Assembly (NCBI GenBank): GCA_046497505.1
Contig: JAWOFN010000125.1
Span: 1 to 60,775, forward strand
Direction: 5' to 3'
Source of the DNA: a bacterium
GTDB taxonomy: Bacteria; Blakebacterota; Blakebacteria; Blakebacterales; JAWOFN01
Length of the DNA: 60,775 nucleotides
Notes under the pieces: generated by a model
What the model saw: the letters and a program-made list of their open reading frames with translations, nothing else
The model's database searches: none
What the model was told of the DNA's origin: nothing
Made by a program: the position numbers and the translations under genes
Part shown: positions 9,901 through 19,568 of the stretch, one piece after another
Layout of the letters: every line of letters starts with the position of its first letter
How positions within the stretch are numbered: the first letter of the stretch is position 1

Positions 9901-10554
9901 CTAGTGCCGCTGCTGCTCCAGCTGGGGGGTGAGCTCGACGTATACGTCGACGAAGAGGCTGGAGACCGGGACGGCCGGCACGGATTCCTCCTCTTCCACG
10001 ATCCCGCCCAGCTCTTCCCGGGCGCGCTCGACGGCCTGACGGGTTGCCCAGTACATGGCCAGGACGTCGTTGCCGTCCACCCGGATCCCCTCCATCCCGT
10101 ACGCCTCCGCTTTCTGGGCCAGGGTCTCCGAAGCGGTCTGCTTCTCTCCCGGCAGGCTGATGGCCCATCCGTTGTTCTGACAGACAAACACGGCAGGGGC
10201 CTTGTACACCCCGGCGAAGTTGAGACCGGTGTGGAAGTCGCTGCTGCTGGTGGCACCGTCGCCGAAGTAGGCGATGGCGATACGGTCTCCCCCGGTGGGG
10301 CGTTCCGCTACGGCCCAGCCGGTACCGTGGATGATGTGTGTCCCGATGGGACTGGAGGGGGTGACGAAGCCGATCGTGTCCAGGCCGTAGTGGTTGGGCA
10401 TCTGGCGGCCCCTGCCGGGGTCCGCCTGGTTCCCGTAGAGCTGACCCATCAGGTCCTTGAGCGGCATGCCCCGGACCAGGGCCACGCTCAGTTCACGGTA
10501 GGCGGGGAAGACGAAGTCGTCCTCCTTGATGACGCTAGTCGGCTTCTTCGCCAT
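9901..10554 (-). pseudogene. Branched-chain-type 2-oxoacid dehydrogenase E1 alpha. It is an open 217-aa ORF but lacks the N-terminal ~100 aa and ~70 internal aa.
   Basis: The TPP motif is kept (YFGDGATS...CQNNGWAIS). The ORF begins at ...KEDDFVFPAYRE and jumps from AVERAREELGG to the C-terminal SSLFVDVYVELTPQLEQQ. The intact paralog at 44046.. serves as the length reference. Confidence 0.7.
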
Positions 10555-11470
10555 CCATCCCTCCCTTGATGACGCTCTGGATGAAGAACTCCCCTGCCCG
10601 GTAAGAGGACCGCACCAGGGGACCGCTCGCCACGTACTTGAAACCCTTCTCCCTCCCCATCAGCCGGTAGGTGTCGAACTGCTCCGGGGTGACGTACTCC
10701 TCCACCGGGAGGTGCCTGCTGCTGGGTCTCAGGTACTGGCCGATCGTGAGGAAGTCCACATCGACCGCCCGCAGGTCGTCCATGGCCTCGGCCACCTCCT
10801 CCTCGCTCTCGCCCAGGCCCACCATCAGGGAGGACTTCGTCCAGAGGGGCTCGGGCCGCACCTCGGGAGCCAGGGTCTTGAGGTCGGAGAGGACCTGCAG
10901 GGTCAGGTCGTAACCGGCCCGGCTGTCCCGGACCGCCCGCGTCAGCCGTCGCACCGTCTCCTGGTTCTGCCCGACCACCTCGGGCCCCGCCGCGACCAGG
11001 GTCCTGAGGGCCTCCCGATCACCGCCGAAATCCGGGATGAGGGTCTCGAGCATCATGTCCGGGCGGAGTTTCTTGATCTCCCTGACGGTCTTCGCATAGT
11101 GGGCCGCACCCCCGTCGGGGAGATCGTCGCGGTCCACGCTGGTGATGACGACGTAGGAGAGGTTCTCGAGGCCTTCCAGGGCCCGAGCCGTGTTCACCGG
11201 TTCCAGGGGGTCGAGACGGCCTGCGGGGTCGCCGCTGTGCACGTTGCAGAAACGGCACCCGCGGGTGCAGACATCCCCCATGATCATGATGGTGGCCGTG
11301 CCCTCGCCCCAGCACTCCCCCACGTTGGGGCAGCCCGCCTCCTCGCATACGGTATGGAGGTTGAGCCCCCTGAGGGTCTGCTTGAGACCGGCGTACTCGT
11401 CGCCGCCGGGTGCCCGGACCTTGAGCCATTCCGGCTTCCGCTGGGAGGTATCTGCACTAGGTATTGGCAT
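10535..11470 (-). CDS. lipA: Lipoyl synthase
   Basis: CEEAGCPNVGEC and radical-SAM CTRGCRFC motifs; 311 aa. Confidence 0.95.
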   Translation of the reverse strand: MPIPSADTSQRKPEWLKVRAPGGDEYAGLKQTLRGLNLHTVCEEAGCPNVGECWGEGTATIMIMGDVCTRGCRFCNVHSGDPAGRLDPLEPVNTARALEGLENLSYVVITSVDRDDLPDGGAAHYAKTVREIKKLRPDMMLETLIPDFGGDREALRTLVAAGPEVVGQNQETVRRLTRAVRDSRAGYDLTLQVLSDLKTLAPEVRPEPLWTKSSLMVGLGESEEEVAEAMDDLRAVDVDFLTIGQYLRPSSRHLPVEEYVTPEQFDTYRLMGREKGFKYVASGPLVRSSYRAGEFFIQSVIKGGMDGEEAD

Positions 11471-11587
11471 AACAGGGAATGCACTATAAGTTTACGTGTC
11501 TATCCGGGCAAGGCCGACCACGCCGGACGCGACCCCTTTCACCTGCATGAACGGCCCCCTGCCGCACCAGCACTCGATGGAGGATCC

Positions 11588-12325
11588 ATGGCACGTCAGC
11601 GCACACCTGTGAAACCGTACCGCCCCGACCCCGACGCATGGGACCGGCTCACCGGGCTCTTCGATGAATGGGCCGAGAGCGGGTCCGACACGGGGATGGA
11701 GGAGAGTCACCGGCACCTGGGGGCGGCCATCGCCGCCGAGCTCCCCGCCGCCGATGACGAGACCCTGCTCGACCTCTCCTGCGGGACGGGATGGTTCGCC
11801 CGTCACCTCGCCACCGAGGTGGCCCCGGAAGGACAGGTCATCGGAGTCGACCTCTCCCCGAAGATGATCGAGACCGCCCGGGCATCGTCAGAGAATTCCG
11901 ACAACGTCCGCTTCGATGTCGCCCAGGCGGAGGAACTCCCCCTGGACGATGACAGCGTGGACCACATCGTGAGCCTGGAATCGTTCTACTACTACCCCGA
12001 CCAGGTCAGCGCGGCCCACGAGATGTTCCGTGTCCTGAAGCCCGGCGGCACCTTCTTCGTCGCCATGAACTTCTTTCTGGAGAACGCCGCCTCGCACCAC
12101 TGGCGCGACCTGATGGAAGTGACCATGCACTGCAAGGGCGCCGAACAGTACAACACCCTCTTCCGGGCCGCCGGATTCATCGATGTCGGCGACCAGCGGG
12201 TGCGGTACGAAGGGGAGGTCACCGAACCGGACGGCAAGTGGATGCGCAACCAGCAGGAGGCCCAGACGTTCTTCGAGGAGGGCGCCCTGCTCATCTCCGG
12301 CCGTAAGCCCCCGGAGGACATGTAG
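11588..12325 (+). CDS. Class I SAM-dependent methyltransferase
   Basis: SAM-binding motif LLDLSCGTGW plus VLKPGG. Only the C-terminal third of the long ORF 10526..12325 is non-overlapping and protein-like. The ATG is at 11588. Confidence 0.85.
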   Translation: MARQRTPVKPYRPDPDAWDRLTGLFDEWAESGSDTGMEESHRHLGAAIAAELPAADDETLLDLSCGTGWFARHLATEVAPEGQVIGVDLSPKMIETARASSENSDNVRFDVAQAEELPLDDDSVDHIVSLESFYYYPDQVSAAHEMFRVLKPGGTFFVAMNFFLENAASHHWRDLMEVTMHCKGAEQYNTLFRAAGFIDVGDQRVRYEGEVTEPDGKWMRNQQEAQTFFEEGALLISGRKPPEDM

Positions 12326-12398
12326 GGGAGAGAGAGTGCGGCGGGCAGGGAGAAGGCTCCGCCGACCTTTGCACATGCGCTATCGGATCCGAAACCAC

Positions 12399-12433
12399 GC
12401 GCCCGGGCCCGCCGGTCCGGGCGCCTCTGTTTG
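12399..12433 (+). terminator. Putative intrinsic terminator after the methyltransferase gene
   Basis: Stem GCGCCCGG/CCGGGCGC with a 10-nt loop, followed by CTCTGTTTG. Confidence 0.4.
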
Positions 12434-12456
12434 ACAGGGAGCGCAGGGGGACGTCC

Positions 12457-13326
12457 ATGAGTCATCGCCTCATCGACCTTCATGCTCATACCACGGCCAG
12501 TGACGGCAGTCTATCCCCCACCGGGCTGGTGGAGGCGGCCCTGGAAGCGGACCTCGCCGCGGTGGGCATCACCGACCACGACACCATCGACGGAGTGCCC
12601 GAGGCCCTGGATGCGGGCAGGAGGCTGGGGATCCGGGTGGTACCCGGGGTGGAGATCTCCTGCGAGCTGGCGGGGGGGACCCTCCATATCCTGGGGTACG
12701 GTTTCGATCCCGGGCACCCCGACCTGAACACCGGTCTCGGCCGCCTGAAGCAGGCACGGGAGGATCGCAACCCGCGGATCATCCGCCGACTCAATGAACT
12801 GGGCGTCGACATCACCCTGGAGCAGGTGGCGGAGCGGGCCGGCGGAGGCATGATCGGACGGCCCCACATCGCCCAGACCCTCAAGGATCTGGGGGCGGTG
12901 GAGACCGTCCAGGAGGCCTTCGACGAGTACCTGGGGAGCGGAGCGAAGGCGCATTTCGACAAGTTCCGCTTCCAGCCGGGGGAGGCGTTCGGGATGATCC
13001 GCTCCGCCGGGGGGATCCCGGTCATGGCCCACCCCCACCAGACCCGCCGTGAGGGGGAGGAACTGCGGACGCTCGTCGCCCGGCTCCGGCAGGCGGGGCT
13101 GGAGGGGATCGAAGTGCGCTACAGCCGGCACACCCCGGATCAGCAGGCCTTCTACCAGGGACTGGCGGAGGAGTTCGACCTGGTCCCCACCGGCGGCAGC
13201 GACTTCCACGGTCGGACCAAGCCGGACATCGAGCTGGGCCGGGGGAAGGGGGCCCTTGAGGTGCCGGCCTCCTGGCTCGAGACCATCGACGAGCGCATCG
13301 AGGCCGTACGCTCCTCGGCCGGCTGA
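12457..13326 (+). CDS. PHP-domain phosphoesterase (TrpH/YciV-like)
   Basis: IDLHAHTTASDG and ITDHDT motifs; 289 aa. Confidence 0.88.
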   Translation: MSHRLIDLHAHTTASDGSLSPTGLVEAALEADLAAVGITDHDTIDGVPEALDAGRRLGIRVVPGVEISCELAGGTLHILGYGFDPGHPDLNTGLGRLKQAREDRNPRIIRRLNELGVDITLEQVAERAGGGMIGRPHIAQTLKDLGAVETVQEAFDEYLGSGAKAHFDKFRFQPGEAFGMIRSAGGIPVMAHPHQTRREGEELRTLVARLRQAGLEGIEVRYSRHTPDQQAFYQGLAEEFDLVPTGGSDFHGRTKPDIELGRGKGALEVPASWLETIDERIEAVRSSAG

Positions 13327-13359
13327 TCCCCCCTCTCACATCAGAGGCAGGTTCCCCGG

Positions 13360-13395
13360 AAAAAAAGAGGCCCCGGTCCACCGGGGCCTCTTCGG
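13360..13395 (-). terminator. Intrinsic terminator between convergent genes
   Basis: Perfect 10-bp stem GAGGCCCCGG/CCGGGGCCTC with a 4-nt loop. The A7 run on the plus side gives a U-tract for the minus-strand lipoprotein gene. Confidence 0.6.
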
Positions 13396-13417
13396 ATCGC
13401 TGCCGTGCAGATCCCTG

Positions 13418-14158
13418 TCAGTCGGCGGTGCTCCCGATGATGTTGATCTGCACCGCCGGCAGCCCGGTGAAGGTGGAGGTACGCGTCACCGTGCTGAAGC
13501 CATCGGTGGCGTCGAAGTCGAAACTCCCATCCACCGTCCCCACGGCGTAGGTACAGCTGATACCCTGCATCGCCACATTCTGACACGCCTCGGTTTCTTC
13601 GAAGATCACGTTGGAGATGGAGAAGGTCCCGCTGGTGCTGACGTAGGTGACTTCGGGATCCTCCGTTCCATCCACGTAGAAGGCGATCGCCTCTTCACTC
13701 TCGATCACCGCGGTACCGTCCGAGAGCGCGGTATCGATGGCGTAGACCGAGATGGCCTCCTCGACGGTCTGGGCCTCCACGTCCAGACCGGCCCAGGCCG
13801 CCACGCCGGTCCAGCTCTCGTCGATGGACTCACCTTCCCACGTGCCGCTGATGTTCAGCTCGAGCGCGAAGGCCTGCCAGCCCGATGCCTGGGCCCGCTC
13901 GGCGGTGCGGGCGACAGCCTGTTCCAGCGTCCCGGTCCCCACCGTGATGTCTCCGAAGGAGACCTCACCCGGCTCGACCAGCATGGCGTAGGATCCAACG
14001 GGCCCCAGGGCGTCGTTCGCTGCAAGGGTCCCGAGCACGGCGTTGTACTCCTCGACGTTGCTGCTCGGTCCTGTGGGACCGTCGTCGTCGTCGCTGCACC
14101 CGCCCAGGGTGAGTCCGGCCATCAGGGCCAGGACCATCAGCATCTTAAGTCTTCGCAT
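13418..14158 (-). CDS. Hypothetical lipoprotein
   Basis: MRRLKMLMVLALMAGLTLGGCS signal peptide with lipobox, preceded by GGAGG. No recognisable domain. Confidence 0.7.
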   Translation of the reverse strand: MRRLKMLMVLALMAGLTLGGCSDDDDGPTGPSSNVEEYNAVLGTLAANDALGPVGSYAMLVEPGEVSFGDITVGTGTLEQAVARTAERAQASGWQAFALELNISGTWEGESIDESWTGVAAWAGLDVEAQTVEEAISVYAIDTALSDGTAVIESEEAIAFYVDGTEDPEVTYVSTSGTFSISNVIFEETEACQNVAMQGISCTYAVGTVDGSFDFDATDGFSTVTRTSTFTGLPAVQINIIGSTAD

Positions 14159-14315
14159 CGTTCCTCCCTCGGGTCGTTTCTCAGTATACGTACACCGTAA
14201 AAAGATACGGTACCTCCCCCGCCGGCCCACAAGCGGAAAGCCGGACCTCCCAGGTCCGGTCTCCCGTTCTTCACGGCTCTGGGGAAGGAGGCCCGCTGTC
14301 GACCGGTCTCTTCCC

Positions 14316-16679
14316 TCAGCGGGAAGACCGCCGGACGGTGTCGGACTGTGCAGGGAAACGATACCATACCTCCACATGCATCGCGGGGTCCACCACAACC
14401 TCGCTCCGCCGTGCCGCGGAAGGTCCGAACAGGGTTCCGGCCAGGTCGCCGGCGACGGAGGACATCAGGTGCAGGGAAAGGCCCGCCCCGGTCCGGACGC
14501 TCACCGGCAGGCGGAAGAGGTAGGTGAAGTCCGCTCCCGCGTCCATCACCACCAGCCGATGGCCGCTCCCGCTCTCCACCAGCCACCGGTCCCCGACCCG
14601 GGCGGAATCCGACGAAGCGAAAGTGAGACGGATGCCGTCGGCCAGGGCGGGCGAGGTGACCTCCACAAGCAGTTCCCCCTGGGTCCATCCTCCGCCCGTC
14701 CCCACCGTGTCGAACCGGGCCTCAGCCTGCCATCCGGTGGAGGGGGCGTCCTCCGGGACACGCAGCCGTGCCCGGGTGTCCCCTTCGATCTCCACCTCCC
14801 AGGCACTCTCCATCCCCAGGAGCCGGTCCCAGCTCCACACCGTGGCGTTGCGGGGCATCCCGTCCGCCCCGGCGTAGACGTCCACTTCCACCAGCTGGCG
14901 GAAACCGGACCGATAGGCAGGGAGCATCCAGGCGGTCAGGGACCCCGCCACGGTCAGCACCGTCAGCAGCAGGCCCACGGCGGGCCGGGAGGCCCGCAGC
15001 GCCGCGCCGGAGGGTTCGGTGCCCTCCTCGGGACGGGTCCCGCTGAGCGCGGGCCAGAGCCCTTGGAGGACCAGCGCCACCGGCCAGGCGAGCCACGCCC
15101 GGAGGGCCGCGGTGGCCAGCGGGGGTACACTCCATCCCATGAGGGTCACCGCTTCCCTGAGCACCCGGGGGCTCAGAGCGGATGCCAGGGGCCAGAAGGC
15201 GGGGATCAGCAGGACCAGGGCCGCCCATCCTCCCGTCTTCCCCGGCAGGGCCCGGACGGTGAAGAGGGCCGCCACCAGCCAGAGCGTCGCCCAGGCGAAT
15301 GGGAGGGCGCCGTCCGGTCCCACCACCACCGCCACCGCCAGCGCGTGCAGGCCCATGAGGAGGACCGCACCCCCCAGGTCCCGGTCCGGGGAACGGGGAC
15401 GGACGGAGGCGGAGAGACGGGCTGCCAGCCACGCCGCCAGCAGTCCCGAGGTCAGACCGGCCAGGGTGAAGAGGTCGGTGTGGGCCATCCAGGGGTGGAG
15501 GTAGCCGGTGAGGATCCGGTCGAGGAGGGCGGGGAGCCCGGCTCCGAAGCCGAAGGCCCCGGCGATGACCAGGCTGCGCAGTGCTCCAACCGGTCGGGGG
15601 AGGAAGCGGGTGCGCCCCAGCAGGAAGACCCCCGCCGCGGCCAGCAGACCCGCCAGGGTCCAGAGCCACAGCGTATTCCCCGACGGAAGGTAGGTGACCC
15701 AGGGTAGGGGAAGCACACCATAGAGGATATCCCCCTCCCCCGGCACCGGCATCTCCCTGTCGAAACGCAGGGCCAGCGACGCCATGAGGAGGGTCCCCTC
15801 CCCCAGGGTCCGCGGGTCCAGGTTCTCGGGCAGGTCCAGGGGCGTGTGGTACGACCAGCGCTCCATCCGGTTGCTCAGGGTCCAGGCCGGGATGCCCCGC
15901 TCCAGGAAGGGCCGGTGGTCCGCCCCGTAGGGCAGGGGCATGAGGCGGGGGAGCAGCACCCAGGCCGGGACCACGTCGAACCGTCCCAGGCCGCGGCGTC
16001 TCGCCTCATCCCGGGCCGCCTGCTGGAACCAGAGAGGGGCGGCCGTGGGCATGGGCGCCGAGAGGATGGGACCGAACCCCAGCGGGTCGGCGTTCACCAC
16101 CGCCCCCACCTCCCCCTCCTCCAGTCCCGCGGCATAGTGGGTCGCCCCGATGAGGCCGTCCTCCTCACCGGTGAAGATGACGAAGCGGATCTCGTGCCGG
16201 GTGGGGAGGTCCCTCAGCAGCCGGGCGGCCTCCAGGACGGCTGCCACCCCGCTCGCGTCGTCGTTCGCCCCCGGCGCCAGGCGGTCCACGGTGTCCATGT
16301 GGGCGCTAAGCACGATGGCCGGCCGATCCCCCGGCTTCACCGCGACCAGGTTGTGGGCACCGAGCAGGAAGCGGTCGGGGGACCAGGTGGAGCTGCTCCA
16401 CTCTCCCGGGATGTCGAGGACCCCCACCGGCTCCCGCCTCACCTCGCAGCCGAGCGCGCGGAACGTGCGTTCCGCGTAGACCATCCCCTCCGCCTCCGCC
16501 TCCGAACCGGCCGGGCGCGCACCGATCCGTCCGGCCAGCACCCTGACGTGGGTGTAGGCCGCCTCGCCCACCGGACCGGGGTCGGGCAGCTCCGGGAGGG
16601 GGGACTGCGCCCCCGCGGTGACCGGGAGGAGCAGCAGCGCGGAGAGGAGTGTCCCCGCGCCCCGGCGTGAGGTCCTCAC
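14316..16679 (-). CDS. M28-family metallopeptidase fused to a polytopic membrane domain (ERMP1-like architecture)
   Basis: Signal peptide, SAHMDTV...GANDDASG...FTGEEDGLIGA zinc-ligand motifs, then many hydrophobic segments. The GTG start overlaps the upstream stop (GTGA). Confidence 0.85.
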   Translation of the reverse strand: MRTSRRGAGTLLSALLLLPVTAGAQSPLPELPDPGPVGEAAYTHVRVLAGRIGARPAGSEAEAEGMVYAERTFRALGCEVRREPVGVLDIPGEWSSSTWSPDRFLLGAHNLVAVKPGDRPAIVLSAHMDTVDRLAPGANDDASGVAAVLEAARLLRDLPTRHEIRFVIFTGEEDGLIGATHYAAGLEEGEVGAVVNADPLGFGPILSAPMPTAAPLWFQQAARDEARRRGLGRFDVVPAWVLLPRLMPLPYGADHRPFLERGIPAWTLSNRMERWSYHTPLDLPENLDPRTLGEGTLLMASLALRFDREMPVPGEGDILYGVLPLPWVTYLPSGNTLWLWTLAGLLAAAGVFLLGRTRFLPRPVGALRSLVIAGAFGFGAGLPALLDRILTGYLHPWMAHTDLFTLAGLTSGLLAAWLAARLSASVRPRSPDRDLGGAVLLMGLHALAVAVVVGPDGALPFAWATLWLVAALFTVRALPGKTGGWAALVLLIPAFWPLASALSPRVLREAVTLMGWSVPPLATAALRAWLAWPVALVLQGLWPALSGTRPEEGTEPSGAALRASRPAVGLLLTVLTVAGSLTAWMLPAYRSGFRQLVEVDVYAGADGMPRNATVWSWDRLLGMESAWEVEIEGDTRARLRVPEDAPSTGWQAEARFDTVGTGGGWTQGELLVEVTSPALADGIRLTFASSDSARVGDRWLVESGSGHRLVVMDAGADFTYLFRLPVSVRTGAGLSLHLMSSVAGDLAGTLFGPSAARRSEVVVDPAMHVEVWYRFPAQSDTVRRSSR

Positions 16680-18652
16680 GCCTCCTCCCCGTCGGGGATG
16701 GCGTCGGCCACCAGTTCGATCACGTGCCGCACCTTGACCGGACGCTCGTCAAAGCCCTCCTGGGCCTTCAGCCCATCCTCCAGCATCGCCATGCAGAAGG
16801 GACAGGAGACGGCCAGGGTGGGGGCCCCGCTGTCCATGACCTCCCTGGCACGCTCCCAGGAGACCCGCGGCTCCTTCTCCTCCAGCCACATGTTCCCGCC
16901 TCCGGCCCCGCAGCAGAACCCCTCTTCCCGGTTCCTGCCCAGTTCCACCAGCTCGCCCCGGCTCCTCTCGACCAGCTCCCGCTGCGGGTCGTAGAGGTCG
17001 TTGTAGCGGCCGTAGAAACAGGAGTCGTGGTAGGCCACCCGGCCCGCGTCCCTTCCCTCCGTGATCCCCTGCTCAGCGACCAGCTCCCGGATGTATCCCT
17101 CGGCGCTCCGGACCCGGAAGGGGAGCTCCCGCCCCCACTCCTCGGGGAGGAAGTCCCGGTAATCCTTCTCGAACATCTGGAAGCAGTGGGGGTTGGTGAC
17201 CACGAGCTGGTGGAAGTCGAACCGGCGGAAGAGCTCGATGTTGGTCTCGGCGTTCATCTGGAAGAGGAGTTCGTTCCCCATCCTGCGGTAGTTCTCCCCG
17301 CAGCACACCTCCTCCTCCCCGATGATCCTCCAGTCCACCCCGTAGTGGTCGAGGACCTTCATCATGGCCCTCACCGTCTCGACGCTCCGGTCGTCGTAGA
17401 GACCCCAGCACCCCACCCAGAAGAGCACGTCGAACGACTCCCCCTGCTGCGCGACGGGCACCTCTCCCAGTCCCTGCACCGTCTCGGTCTTGGTGTGCGT
17501 CCCGTAGCCCCAGGGGTCGCCGCTCTGTTCCAGGTTCTTGAAGACCTGTGCGGCCCCCGGGGGGATGTCACCCTCGTCCAGGGCCTTATAACGGCGCATG
17601 TTGAGCATCATCGACATGTGGTCGATGTCCACCGGACACGCCTGTACGCATCCCAAACAGGTCGTGCACTCCCAGATGATCCGGCTGTCGATGACGTGGT
17701 CGATGAGGGGCTGCCGTTCCAGCAGATATCCCTCACCGGGACGCCCCCCATCCTCCCACTTCTCGCGGGCGGATGCCGCCTGCCTGCCGGGAGCCTGTTT
17801 CCCCGAGGCGTGGTACTTCAGGTCGACGATGAACTCCTTCGGGTTCAGCAGCTTCTCGGTGGCATAGGCGGGACACGCCTCCTGGCAGCGGCCGCACTCG
17901 ATACAAGTGATCAGGTCGAGGCGGTCCTTCCAGCTGAGGTGCTGGAGGGCGTTGGTCCCGTAGGCCTCTCCGACCTCCTCGTCCGGGATCTCCTCCAGGT
18001 CCATGAAGTCCATGATCTGGCGGTCGGTGAGCTGCTGGGTCACAGCGTTCACCGGCGCGCCCAGTATGTGGAAGTGCTTGGAGGTGGGGACGTAGGCCAG
18101 GAAGGAGAAGGCCACCATCAGGTGGGCGTATCCGGCGAACTCCCCGGCCGGAGCCCCCAGGGTCCTCTCCAGGATATGGGTGAGGGCGATCACCGCGATC
18201 AGCGCCAGCACCACACCCGACTCCCGGCTGTGGTAGGTGAGGTAGGAGGGCCGGGTCACATAACGCCGCCAGGCCAGCACGGCGATTCCCACCAGGATGG
18301 CCACCGCGAAGACGTCCACGATGACCTTGAACCAGGCGGCAGGCCCCACCAGGAAGCCCTCGCCTCCGCTCACCAGCTTCACGATGAGGTGGAGGGTGGA
18401 GACCACGAAGGCCAGGAAGCCCCAGAAGACGGCGGCATGGGCCCATCCCGCGGTCAGGCGTCTGCGCACCTTCGACTGGCCCAGGACCTCACTGAAGAAG
18501 ATCCAGACCCTCTGACCGATCCGGTCCGACCGGGATTCCGGCTTCCCCCGCATGACGAAGCGGACCTTGTCCGCCAGCAGGGCGCCGAAGACGGCCAGCG
18601 CGCCGATGAGGTAGATGCCTGCGATCAGGCGTACGATCTCATGAGGTGACAT
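16676..18652 (-). CDS. Membrane-anchored Fe-S oxidoreductase (NarI/HdrE-like TM domain + 2x[4Fe-4S] + two CCG domains; HdrD/DsrK-like)
   Basis: N-terminal His-containing TM helices, CIECGRCQEACP and CTTCLGCVQACP, and the CCG motifs VGCWG... and FCCGAGGG. Confidence 0.85.
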   Translation of the reverse strand: MSPHEIVRLIAGIYLIGALAVFGALLADKVRFVMRGKPESRSDRIGQRVWIFFSEVLGQSKVRRRLTAGWAHAAVFWGFLAFVVSTLHLIVKLVSGGEGFLVGPAAWFKVIVDVFAVAILVGIAVLAWRRYVTRPSYLTYHSRESGVVLALIAVIALTHILERTLGAPAGEFAGYAHLMVAFSFLAYVPTSKHFHILGAPVNAVTQQLTDRQIMDFMDLEEIPDEEVGEAYGTNALQHLSWKDRLDLITCIECGRCQEACPAYATEKLLNPKEFIVDLKYHASGKQAPGRQAASAREKWEDGGRPGEGYLLERQPLIDHVIDSRIIWECTTCLGCVQACPVDIDHMSMMLNMRRYKALDEGDIPPGAAQVFKNLEQSGDPWGYGTHTKTETVQGLGEVPVAQQGESFDVLFWVGCWGLYDDRSVETVRAMMKVLDHYGVDWRIIGEEEVCCGENYRRMGNELLFQMNAETNIELFRRFDFHQLVVTNPHCFQMFEKDYRDFLPEEWGRELPFRVRSAEGYIRELVAEQGITEGRDAGRVAYHDSCFYGRYNDLYDPQRELVERSRGELVELGRNREEGFCCGAGGGNMWLEEKEPRVSWERAREVMDSGAPTLAVSCPFCMAMLEDGLKAQEGFDERPVKVRHVIELVADAIPDGEEA

Positions 18653-18898
18653 GGAGCCTCCTTACGACTCGATATCTTCCAGGCCTCGAGGACCTCCTCG
18701 ACATGTACCTTCACCCGCACGTCGTACCGGGCACCGCACGCCCCCCTGCCGACCTCGTGGTCGGGATCCACCCCCAGCACCTGCGCCCCTCCCTCCCGGC
18801 GTCGGACCGGAGCTGCCTTAAGATGGACCAACCGCGGAGGACGGTGCAAGGCGGACGCGGACCCCTTCCGGCCGATCCGGACGGCGCGGGGATCATAC

Positions 18899-18926
18899 TT
18901 GACTATTTTGGTCGGGTTTCTAGTCT
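18899..18926 (+). promoter_or_regulatory. Putative sigma70-like promoter; would give a near-leaderless MBL hydrolase mRNA
   Basis: TTGACT-16 nt-TAGTCT ends 6 nt before the ATG at 18933. No SD is visible. Confidence 0.3.
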
Positions 18927-18932
18927 GCTCCC

Positions 18933-19568
18933 ATGAGCATCCATGTCGAGACCCTGACCGTCGGCCCCATGGCCGTGAACTGCTACCTCGCCGGTGACGA
19001 GGAGGGCCGGGGTGCGGTCCTGATCGATCCGGGTGAGGAACCGGAACGCATCCTCCGGGCGGTCGAAGAAGGGGAATGGCGGGTGGAACGGGTGCTCCTG
19101 ACCCATGCCCACTTCGACCACCTCCTCGCTCTGCGGGATGTCCTGGAGGTCCTGGATGTGCCCTTCCTCCTCCCCGAGGGGGAAGAGGAGATGCTCCATC
19201 GGGTACCGGAGACCGTCCGGGCCTGGATGGGGATCGAGGTCCCTCCTCCACCCGAACCGGACCGCATGGTCCGGGGGGGTGAGAGGGTGGAGATCGGCGG
19301 GGCCCCCTTCCGGGTGGCCGAGACCCCCGGACATTCCCCCGGCTCCATCACCCTGGCGGGCGAGGGGATCGCCTTCGTCGGGGATGCGGTCTTCGCCGGG
19401 AGCATCGGGAGGACCGACCTGCCGGGAGGGGACCACGAGATTCTCATGACCAGCATAAGGGAGCAGATCCTCTCCCTGCCGGACGACACCCTCCTCTATC
19501 CCGGTCACGGACCTTCCACCACGGTGGGCCGCGAGCGCCGGGACAACCCCTTCCTCAAGGGGCTGTAG
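18933..19568 (+). CDS. MBL-fold metallo-hydrolase (glyoxalase II-like)
   Basis: THAHFDH motif, TPGHSPGS and GRTDLPGG. Confidence 0.88.
   Translation: MSIHVETLTVGPMAVNCYLAGDEEGRGAVLIDPGEEPERILRAVEEGEWRVERVLLTHAHFDHLLALRDVLEVLDVPFLLPEGEEEMLHRVPETVRAWMGIEVPPPPEPDRMVRGGERVEIGGAPFRVAETPGHSPGSITLAGEGIAFVGDAVFAGSIGRTDLPGGDHEILMTSIREQILSLPDDTLLYPGHGPSTTVGRERRDNPFLKGL

Noticed and set aside
10526-11587. First 354 codons of the 599-aa plus-strand ORF 10526..12325
   Set aside because: This part is antisense to lipA and has no motifs. Only the part from ATG 11588 looks like a methyltransferase.
12431-12436. TTGACA box upstream of the PHP-domain gene
   Set aside because: It lies only about 20 nt from the ATG, with no -10 element at proper spacing. 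It more likely belongs to the T-rich tail of the preceding terminator hairpin.
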